Assembly (NCBI GenBank): GCA_964472845.1
Contig: CAYYND010000001.1
Location: 5,427-63,653, forward strand
DNA length: 58,227 nt
Direction: 5' to 3'
From: an uncultured Lachnospiraceae bacterium
GTDB lineage: Bacteria > Bacillota > Clostridia > Oscillospirales > CAG-272
In this document: positions 36,400 through 43,736 of the stretch, one piece after another
How the letters are laid out: the number at the start of each line of letters is the position of its first letter
Position numbering within the stretch: the stretch's first letter is position 1
Translations under genes and position numbers: made by a program
The notes under the pieces: model-generated
Database searches by the model: none
What the model saw: the letters and a program-made list of their open reading frames with translations, nothing else
What the model was told of the DNA's origin: nothing

Positions 36400-38020
36400 C
36401 GCCTCGCTTTCTCGGACCGTTTTCTCTGCAAAGCTTTGCTATATCCTCCACCGTTACCGCATTTTCAAAATGTCCTTTTGCAATACGTGCCGCGGATGTA
36501 GTATAGAAGCAGTTTGCCGAGAAGAACTCGCGCGGAGTACCGCAGGAAACGGTATTGCCGCGGAAGAAGAGGGCACATCTGTCAGCGCAAGACGCGGCAA
36601 ATTCCACATCGTGAGTTACCGCGAGTACCGTCACACCGTCAGCCTTAAGCTTTCGGAGTATGTCTGTAAGAGCTCTCTTCTTTTCCGAATCAAGCCCCTT
36701 TGTCGGCTCGTCCAAGAGCAACAGCCGGGGGCTCGTTGCAAGCACTTTGGCGAGAGCCAGAAGCTGTTGCTCTCCGCCCGAAAGATCGTATGGATGCTTT
36801 TCGAGTAGATGTGAGAGCTCGAAGGGAAGTGAGCTTGCGTCCGCGTGCGCGTCTTCAAGCTCCTCTCGGACGGAGTTGCAAAGAAACACATTCTGCACAT
36901 CCTGCGGAAGCAGTGCAAGACAATTTCGGTACAGCGACTGTCCCGTGTATTCCTTGAGTCGCTTTCCCAATACGCGAATCTGACCGCTGTATATTTTTCG
37001 TATACCCGATGCACAGGAAAGTGCCGTCGTTTTGCCTGAGCCGTTTCCGCCGAGGATGCAGAATATCTCACCCTCGTATATAGTGAGATCCAATCCCTTC
37101 AGCACGTCGGGCGCGTTTTTTTCGTAACGAAAATATACATTTTTGAATTCGAGTGCCGTGCTTTCACTGTGCACATAGGGGGGGCACGGTAGGCTTGCGA
37201 TATGGTTTGAATATTCTGTCTCGATAAATCTTCTGCCCTCGCCTACCGTCAGCGGACATTCAGCTCTTGATCCGAGCAAGCGATACAGCCTTGCCGCCGT
37301 CGGCATAGCAGCAAGGAGCGGACTGCTATCCGATAAGCTTGATATAACATTGCGAGGCTTGCCGTCACCGATGAGGGCTCCGCCGTCCATTACGAGCAGT
37401 CGGTCGCACATGGGGATAAGCTCCTCGAGACGGTGCTCTGCAATGATAACGGTCAGCGAAAGATCACGGTTGAGCTTTTTTACCGTGCTTAAAAAATCCG
37501 AGGTCGCGATAGGGTCGAGCTGAGAGGTCGGCTCGTCAAGAATAAGGATATCCGGATCCATCACCATAACGGCGGCGAGATTTAAAAGCTGTTTTTGACC
37601 GCCCGATAGCGTTGAAACGTCGCGCTCGAACCAATCTTCAATGCCGAAGTATGATGCCATCTCGGCAACTCTGCGAGCTATCACGGCTTGAGGCAGCCCG
37701 AGATTTTCGAGTCCGAAGGCAAGCTCAGAATATACTCTGTCGGTCACTATCTGTTCATCGGGTCGCTGTGCGACGAATCCTATACGCTCGGCGGGTATCT
37801 CATTTATTGGTCTTCCGCCGAAAAGTATCTCGCCTTTTTCGCTTCCGCTCGGCGCGATCTCTCGCTTCAAAAGTCTTAGGAGCGTGGATTTTCCGCTTCC
37901 CGTTGCACCGCATAAAACGGTAAATTCTCCCGACGCGACGGAAAAGGAAACATCGTGAACGGCGGCTCGCTCGCACATAGGATATGTGAAACTCAGATCC
38001 TTGACTGTAAGTATTTCCAT
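36377..38020 (-). CDS. ECF transporter fused ATPase (EcfA-EcfA', CbiO-like duplicated ABC domains)
   Basis: Walker A GATGSGKST and GGNGSGKTT. Signatures LSGGQKQ and LSGGEQQ. I chose the ATG at 38020, behind ggagga. Confidence 0.88.
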   Translation of the reverse strand: MEILTVKDLSFTYPMCERAAVHDVSFSVASGEFTVLCGATGSGKSTLLRLLKREIAPSGSEKGEILFGGRPINEIPAERIGFVAQRPDEQIVTDRVYSELAFGLENLGLPQAVIARRVAEMASYFGIEDWFERDVSTLSGGQKQLLNLAAVMVMDPDILILDEPTSQLDPIATSDFLSTVKKLNRDLSLTVIIAEHRLEELIPMCDRLLVMDGGALIGDGKPRNVISSLSDSSPLLAAMPTAARLYRLLGSRAECPLTVGEGRRFIETEYSNHIASLPCPPYVHSESTALEFKNVYFRYEKNAPDVLKGLDLTIYEGEIFCILGGNGSGKTTALSCASGIRKIYSGQIRVLGKRLKEYTGQSLYRNCLALLPQDVQNVFLCNSVREELEDAHADASSLPFELSHLLEKHPYDLSGGEQQLLALAKVLATSPRLLLLDEPTKGLDSEKKRALTDILRKLKADGVTVLAVTHDVEFAASCADRCALFFRGNTVSCGTPREFFSANCFYTTSAARIAKGHFENAVTVEDIAKLCRENGPRKRGDDGNDGN

Positions 38021-38871
38021 TTTAGTCTTTCCTCCGTTTCTGTTATGGTTGGGAGTATTGCGAGAATTCCGTACGCCGCGTATGCTGTTATAGAGAGCGG
38101 CGTCGGATCGGCAGATCTGATGCTCGGATAAAATGTGAAATCGAGCGCACCGAGTGCCATTCCGAGAACTGTCAACGCTGTGCACGAAATGATAATGCCG
38201 AGCATCAGTCCGTCGCAAAGATGAAATCCGAATATCGAATAATATGTCCTTTTGTGTTTTCCGTATGCACGTGCCGCCATACTGTCAGCGGTCGTGATAC
38301 CGTTTTCGAGTGCCCACGTGATAAGAATGGAAAACACGCGAAGGTCGCTTTTTATTTTATCGATCACATTTTCGTCCTTATAGAGCCCGATGGCTCTCTG
38401 GCTTTCGGATATTCGGCGCGCTCTTTCTCCAAAGAGCGGCACATACCTGAGTGCCATTGAAAGGACGAGGGAGAGCCTCGGCGAGAGCTTGCCGAAAACA
38501 TAAAGAAGTTTGTCCCTTGTCATAAGGCTGCTGAATGACCGGAATAGATACAACACCGTTACGATGATGCCTGCATTGACGGCGCCGTAAACGGTCGCCT
38601 CAAGCGTTACGGGGGAATCGTTTATAACAAACAGTACTGTTTTACCGTTGTGAGAGGTTAGCGGATTTATTACTGTCAGAGCCGCGAACAGGGCAAGGTA
38701 AAACATATGGGACGAGAGCGTGTTTCCTTTGTCTCGCAGTAAGAAATACGCAAGCGCTCCTATGCCTCCGATAAGGAGAAGTATGGGATTCTGCGAGAAC
38801 ATCAGAACCAACGTCATCGCAAGAAAATATACAGTTATAACAATTGGATTGCAGTCCTCGAGCCGTCGCAT
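37993..38871 (-). CDS. ecfT: ECF transporter transmembrane (T) component, CbiQ/EcfT family
   Basis: Polytopic. C-terminal coupling-helix motifs ALRYVP...SQRAIG...SMAARAYG. It overlaps the ATPase gene by 28 nt. Confidence 0.8.
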   Translation of the reverse strand: MRRLEDCNPIVITVYFLAMTLVLMFSQNPILLLIGGIGALAYFLLRDKGNTLSSHMFYLALFAALTVINPLTSHNGKTVLFVINDSPVTLEATVYGAVNAGIIVTVLYLFRSFSSLMTRDKLLYVFGKLSPRLSLVLSMALRYVPLFGERARRISESQRAIGLYKDENVIDKIKSDLRVFSILITWALENGITTADSMAARAYGKHKRTYYSIFGFHLCDGLMLGIIISCTALTVLGMALGALDFTFYPSIRSADPTPLSITAYAAYGILAILPTITETEERLKWKYLQSRI

Positions 38872-38909
38872 ATTCTTCTCCTTTCTCTTTTCTGTCGTAA
38901 TTCAGCCGA

Positions 38910-40652
38910 TCATTTCAGATCTTCACCGAGCGCGCAGGTGTACAGCCACTCGATCCTGTCGCCGTCCTTGAGGATATATTCTCCTGCGCCGACGGACGGA
39001 CATTCTCCGTTTACGTAGTACATCCATCCCGAAAGATCTCCGTATTCCGTCTCATAAATGTAAGCGATCCCGGAAATGTACACATAGGTCGCATCTCCGT
39101 CATTTTCAAGCTGTATCTTGTGCTTGCGCGCGGCTTCTGTCAGGACGGTGTATACCGTGTCGCCGTCAGCGATCTCAAATTCGGTGGTATCAAGTATTGT
39201 TCCGTCCTCTGGAATGTGATCGGCACGTCCCGCGACGGTGTCGCATCTGATGGTCAGCGTCACCGTGCCCACAGCGTTTTCCTTTGACGCGCTGTCGCCG
39301 TTGTAATATTCATCAGCCGAGCGTATCTCTATCGAGCAGACGATCAAAAGCGCGATCGCTGTGACGATCAGAACGGCAATGAAATTCTTTATATTACGCT
39401 TTTTTAATGCAAACAGAAGGACAGATACAGCACCGCCAATACAAACGATGATAAGACAGGCTAATGGTTTGTACCCGTGCTCCGAATTGTCGTTTCCGCT
39501 GTCGGTGTCGGTCGGAACGCTCTCGGAACCTTGCGAGGGGGAAATGGGCGTTGTGTCAAGCGATGGATCCTTTTCGGTATCCGAGGGCGAGCGTGTGTCG
39601 GTGATGAGATCATCGTTCGATTCGGTCTTATTCGTGCTCTCGGGGTCAAAGTCCGTATCGATATCGGTGTCGAGTCCCGTGTCGATGCCGTCTGAGAATC
39701 TCGAATCAAGCAGATATAGGGAAGGTCTGCCGCCCGTCATACGCAGATATGATACCGCGGCGCAGAGGACTTGGACCGTTGCCGTTGCGTTGGAAGCACC
39801 GCCCACCTTGTGGCAAAAGCTTCCGTCGGGAAGTCTGTATTTGGCTATTCCGTCGAAAAGCGTGTCGCCGTTTTTGATAAATCTGTCATCCTTTGATGCG
39901 TCGATGCCGAGTGATGACAACGCTATTATTACCTGCGCAGTGCTTTCGGGATTTGCCGAGCCGTAGCCGGCAAAGTCGCCGTCGTCAAGCTGACATTCCG
40001 ACAAAAGGCTCAGCGCATTGTCTATCGCAGATCTGACGTCACTGTCGGAGGAATAAAAGGGCGCGAGTGCCTGTACCGCCATGGCGGTAGCATCAACGTC
40101 ACTGTACTGACCCATAACAGCCCAGCCGCCATCATTTAATCGGAGATCAAGAAGCTTTGCCTTGACCTGCTCCGCCGTATATTTTCCGCCGCTGTAACCG
40201 TTGTTTAAAAGGTGCAGGCCGAATATCCAGCTCATAAGCCCTTGTTCTCCGACGGAATTTTCGAGCGTTGCCGAAATATAGCCGTCGTCGTCGCCCGATG
40301 CCGCAAGGCAGAGCGCATATTTCAGCCTTGATGACGCAGAGTACACCTTGTTGCTTTTTATGTAGGAAAGAAGCGCCGATCTGTATGATGAGAGATCGTA
40401 TTTTTTGTACTGCGCGAGGGAAATAATATACCACTCTGCGGATGTGCCCGCGTTTTTTGTCAGGTATCCGTCTATCCAGGCTTGAACCCCGTCAGCGCTC
40501 GATACGCCTTGATAAGCCAAGATACCGTCGATAAGGTCCTGTGCCTCAACGACGGTATTTTCGGTTGGCTTTTCTGCGTAGCACGGTATCGCTCCGAGCA
40601 ACAGTACGGCAGTAACTAACAGTATTGCCGCCGCAGAAAATTTAGATCTCAT
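38910..40652 (-). CDS. Membrane-tethered surface protein. From N to C: signal peptide, alpha/alpha-toroid (prenyltransferase/terpene-cyclase-like repeats), acidic linker, two TM helices, and a C-terminal DUF4430 (transcobalamin-like beta) domain.
   Basis: Signal peptide ...GAIPCYA. Repeats LNDGGWAV, QLDDGDFAG and RLPDGSFCH. D/T/S-rich linker at aa ~315-392. TM helices at aa ~396-416 and ~423-442, separated by KKRNIKN. The C-terminal GWMYYVNGECPSVGAGEYILKDGDRIEWLY is the DUF4430 signature. Confidence 0.7.
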   Translation of the reverse strand: MRSKFSAAAILLVTAVLLLGAIPCYAEKPTENTVVEAQDLIDGILAYQGVSSADGVQAWIDGYLTKNAGTSAEWYIISLAQYKKYDLSSYRSALLSYIKSNKVYSASSRLKYALCLAASGDDDGYISATLENSVGEQGLMSWIFGLHLLNNGYSGGKYTAEQVKAKLLDLRLNDGGWAVMGQYSDVDATAMAVQALAPFYSSDSDVRSAIDNALSLLSECQLDDGDFAGYGSANPESTAQVIIALSSLGIDASKDDRFIKNGDTLFDGIAKYRLPDGSFCHKVGGASNATATVQVLCAAVSYLRMTGGRPSLYLLDSRFSDGIDTGLDTDIDTDFDPESTNKTESNDDLITDTRSPSDTEKDPSLDTTPISPSQGSESVPTDTDSGNDNSEHGYKPLACLIIVCIGGAVSVLLFALKKRNIKNFIAVLIVTAIALLIVCSIEIRSADEYYNGDSASKENAVGTVTLTIRCDTVAGRADHIPEDGTILDTTEFEIADGDTVYTVLTEAARKHKIQLENDGDATYVYISGIAYIYETEYGDLSGWMYYVNGECPSVGAGEYILKDGDRIEWLYTCALGEDLK

Positions 40653-41454
40653 AACGCTTTTTTGCCGTTAAAGCCAGAGCAAGCGCTCCGCAGAGAGATA
40701 CTGCAAAGAGAACGATGTAAACGAGCGAGTCGTCACCTGTTAAGGGATTTTCAACAACTTTTACTGTAACTGCGGGGGGGACCAGTGTTTGAGTTGCGCT
40801 TGTGGCACTGATAATGAAAGAACCTACGTTATCAATTTTTACCGTGACCTTTCCGTCCTTGTCGGTCTTGAATTCCGTTGCAACACCGTTGACGGTGATG
40901 ACGGCATCCTTTACGGGATCACTAAACTGATTATAGTTTTCATCGAACTTTGCCGCATTGAGCGTCAGAGTGAGCTCGCCGTTCTTTTCGACTTGTGCCG
41001 TGTTGACGTCAAAATAGCAATATGTATCGCTCCAGCTCGAAAGGTCTGTATATATGAAGGCGTTGATAAAGTCGCCGCCCTTTACCTCGTCGTCAAGTCC
41101 CATAGCCATAAGGTTATTGACATAGTAGCCGTATGAACCGCCGTTTGCGACACCCCAGAGCTTTGCAAGAGACATTCCCCACGACCCGGCTGAGGCTTCA
41201 TATCCTGCCGATGCGCCGCCCTCAAACTTTGCTTCGTGAGCACAGTACAGAGCATCGTTTATCGTCAGCTTGGAATCGCCGTCGATATCTGTTATGTTGA
41301 TCTTTTCCTGTGAGAGCACGAGCTTGCCTTTATCGTCGGAGATAGTTACGTAAACATCTGCGGACGAAGAAGTACTGCTCTCTGCGAATACGCCGAGTGT
41401 AAGCGTACTCAAAAGGACTAAGACTGCCAATGTTATAGATAAGATCTTTTTCAT
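40642..41454 (-). CDS. Cell-wall-anchored DUF4430-like protein with an NPLTG sorting signal
   Basis: Signal peptide MKKILSITLAVLVLLSTLTLGVFA. SYGYYVNN...VKGGDFINAFIY is DUF4430-like. A beta-rich second domain follows. The C-terminal NPLTG, hydrophobic stretch and KKRYEI tail form a sortase signal. I chose the ATG at 41454. Confidence 0.65.
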   Translation of the reverse strand: MKKILSITLAVLVLLSTLTLGVFAESSTSSSADVYVTISDDKGKLVLSQEKINITDIDGDSKLTINDALYCAHEAKFEGGASAGYEASAGSWGMSLAKLWGVANGGSYGYYVNNLMAMGLDDEVKGGDFINAFIYTDLSSWSDTYCYFDVNTAQVEKNGELTLTLNAAKFDENYNQFSDPVKDAVITVNGVATEFKTDKDGKVTVKIDNVGSFIISATSATQTLVPPAVTVKVVENPLTGDDSLVYIVLFAVSLCGALALALTAKKRYEI

Positions 41455-41504
41455 TTTTATACCTCTTTTTGTTATGATTATATTTTTTGATCTGCTTTCG
41501 CCGA

Positions 41505-41834
41505 TCAAATATTCGGCTTTAATGATGAGTATGCTTGAGAAGAGCCGTTCGCCTCTTTCTTTGCTTGAACTTCGGCGTTTTTGCGTGCGGCAAGACGGGC
41601 ACGTTTGGCTCTTGCTCTCTTTTCTCTGTTTCTTTGGCGGCGGTCATCGTTTCTCGGCGGTTTTATGCCGGCGGCTTCAAGCGCGCGAGGCCATGGACCG
41701 AGAAAAGCTTTTATTGCTACGACTTCAGCCTCATCGAAATCGGCTCTTTGCGGATAACGGCTCTCCACAAGCTCGGTGTATTTGATACGCAGAAGGCGAA
41801 TACACTCCTCTTTGCTGTATTTTTTTTGATCCAT
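41505..41834 (-). CDS. Small protein with a very basic C-terminal tail. Function unknown. It is the first ORF after the riboswitch.
   Basis: 109 aa. SD ggagg lies 7 nt upstream. The tail is RNDDRRQRNREKRARAKRARLAARK. Confidence 0.55.
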   Translation of the reverse strand: MDQKKYSKEECIRLLRIKYTELVESRYPQRADFDEAEVVAIKAFLGPWPRALEAAGIKPPRNDDRRQRNREKRARAKRARLAARKNAEVQAKKEANGSSQAYSSLKPNI

Positions 41835-41852
41835 ACGATACCTCCGAAATAC

Positions 41853-41888
41853 AAAAAACGCTTTCCTACCTCAAACGGTAAAAAAGCG
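41853..41888 (-). terminator. Candidate intrinsic terminator (riboswitch expression platform) just upstream of the SD of the 109-aa ORF
   Basis: Minus strand reads cgcttt-ttt-tacc-gtttga-ggta-gg-aaagcg followed by tttttt. The stem is weak and interrupted. Confidence 0.35.
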
Positions 41889-41999
41889 CAGCTATCCTAT
41901 CGGTCGAAAAATGGGCATACTTCACCCATATACCAACGAAAACGGCTACGCTCTTCAAGTCCAAAAACGATCGTGCAAATGCACATTACCTATCGCTGT

Positions 42000-42105
42000 C
42001 TTGGCGAGTATTCCGACTTATGAGACCTGCGTCTCAATTACGGTAATGACGGTTGCGACGGATTTTCACCGAACTTCCCTCTGATCTGCACAAAGCAGAG
42101 CCAAG
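42000..42105 (-). promoter_or_regulatory. Cobalamin riboswitch aptamer (short type without a large peripheral extension)
   Basis: Minus strand reads cttggc...agagggaagttcggtgaaaatccgtcgcaaccgtcattaccgtaa-ttgagacgcaggtctca-taagtcggaatactcgccaag. The AGGGAA..GGTGAAAATCC core, the ACCGTAA element, a short hairpin, a B12-box-like AAGTCGGAATACTCGCC, and a closing cttggc/gccaag P1 are all present. Confidence 0.75.
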
Positions 42106-42170
42106 CTGCGAAAAATATTTAATTTTCATACGTGCTGAGCAAAACGCAAAGCAAGCTTCATCAAGACAGT

Positions 42171-42199
42171 ATTATATCACCTTTTCATACGATTGTCAA
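42171..42199 (-). promoter_or_regulatory. Consensus extended -10 sigma-A promoter driving the riboswitch and operon
   Basis: Minus strand reads ttgaca-N17-tataat, preceded by TGa. Confidence 0.7.
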
Positions 42200-42309
42200 G
42201 CCGTTGATCCAACAGATTTTGATCCTGAAATTGATATTGAAAGTCTTAACTAAAGCGAGGTGCACGGCATATACTCTTAACAGAAATACGCCAAAAGGAG
42301 GCAAAAACG

Positions 42310-42531
42310 ATGCAATTCGACCGCGAAGCGATAGATAAGCTTCTTTCACTTAACGATTTTCAACTTAAAATAGTGGTAACAAGACTTCTCAAGGAAAACG
42401 GCATAGACCCGTCAATGCTAAACATCGACACTAAAAATATGGCGGCACTCAGAAGAACACTTCAAAATGCAACAGAGGCGGACATCGAAAGAGCCGCACA
42501 ACTGCTCTCGAAGCTCAAAGGAGGACAGTGA
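42310..42531 (+). CDS. hypothetical protein (73 aa, helical)
   Basis: Strong SD aaaggagg upstream. No recognisable motif. Confidence 0.5.
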   Translation: MQFDREAIDKLLSLNDFQLKIVVTRLLKENGIDPSMLNIDTKNMAALRRTLQNATEADIERAAQLLSKLKGGQ

Positions 42532-42576
42532 AAACTTAAATATACTTAAATATAAACGGAAAGGGGAGGGTATACC

Positions 42577-43176
42577 GTGGCACAGGGAGAAAACAGAGTC
42601 GGATCGGACGATGCCAACTCTGCATTGAGCAAGCTTTTAAGCGATCCCGAAGCACTCAGATCGATCGCTACGCTCGCGGGGGCTTTCGGCAAGAGCACGG
42701 GCGGTGAGAGCTACGCATCAAAAACGCAAAGTGCGTCGCAGAGCGGCGGCGAGGTCAAAGGATTTAAAATTCCCGACGGATTGTTTGACGATCTGCCCGA
42801 GGGTCCGCAGGACAATGAAAGCCCAGATAACGATCATAATGATCATAATACCGAGAACGGAGACGACATTCGCGCCGAGGCCGGCTCGGCATCGGTCGGA
42901 GGCGGCGGAGATATTCTCGGATCTCTGATATCTCCCGAAATGCTTCTGAAGCTTCCCGAGGTGATCGCGGCGGCAGGACCTTTGATGCAGTCCTTCGGAC
43001 GTCTGAGGGAGGACAGCGCAAAAGGCGGAAAAGCATTTCACCGCGGACGTGTTCCGACAGAAAAAAGATGCGCCTTGCTCGCGGCGATGAAGCCATATCT
43101 CAGCGAGCACAGATGTAATACTGTGGATATGATGATAAGCCTTAGCAAATTCTCATCGATCTTTGAACGCAAATAA
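42577..43176 (+). CDS. hypothetical protein (199 aa, with an acidic low-complexity centre)
   Basis: GTG start behind ggggagg. Co-directional and closely spaced with its neighbours. Confidence 0.5.
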   Translation: MAQGENRVGSDDANSALSKLLSDPEALRSIATLAGAFGKSTGGESYASKTQSASQSGGEVKGFKIPDGLFDDLPEGPQDNESPDNDHNDHNTENGDDIRAEAGSASVGGGGDILGSLISPEMLLKLPEVIAAAGPLMQSFGRLREDSAKGGKAFHRGRVPTEKRCALLAAMKPYLSEHRCNTVDMMISLSKFSSIFERK

Positions 43177-43194
43177 GCTGAGAAAGGAGAATAT

Positions 43195-43611
43195 ATGTAT
43201 TCACGAATAGGACGCAGAGAGATACCATCAACAGATCGCAACATAAACATTCCCGAAAATTACAGCGGCTCTGCATTTAACGGCGGACTTATCGGAGATC
43301 TTTCCGAAAAGCTCCCCGAGGATGTATCTGCAACGTCAAACGCAGATGCGTCAGCGGATATAACGGAACGGATTAAATCGGACGCGCGAGGGGAGGGCAC
43401 CGAGCAGAGCGGAGCGGTATGCGAATGTGACCCGTACACGCGCGCCGCCGTGTCTTGCTCCTTGCCCGGGCATATGGCTGTCGGTACAAAGGAGTCGCGC
43501 ATACTGCCGTTTGATAACGACCAACTGCTGATACTCGGTCTGATACTTTTACTTAACAACGGAACGCTTGACGAGGACATACTCGTCCTCCTTATATTAC
43601 TGCTTCTGTGA
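43195..43611 (+). CDS. hypothetical protein (138 aa) with a Leu-rich hydrophobic C-terminus
   Basis: SD aaaggag. The C-terminal LLILGLILLLNNGTLDEDILVLLILLLL may be a membrane anchor. Confidence 0.5.
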   Translation: MYSRIGRREIPSTDRNINIPENYSGSAFNGGLIGDLSEKLPEDVSATSNADASADITERIKSDARGEGTEQSGAVCECDPYTRAAVSCSLPGHMAVGTKESRILPFDNDQLLILGLILLLNNGTLDEDILVLLILLLL

Positions 43612-43634
43612 TAAATAAAAAAGCAAAAAATATT

Positions 43635-43665
43635 ATGTCGCTGACACGGAGCGACATTTTTTTTT
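43635..43665 (+). terminator. rho-independent terminator separating the three unknown ORFs from spoIIA
   Basis: atgtcgct-gacacgg-agcgacat stem-loop followed by a T8-9 run. Confidence 0.85.
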
Positions 43666-43736
43666 GAACCTTTATGATAAAATCATATCTGAAAAAATAC
43701 ATAACATCAAAGTTAAAAAGAAAGGAACTGAAAAGT

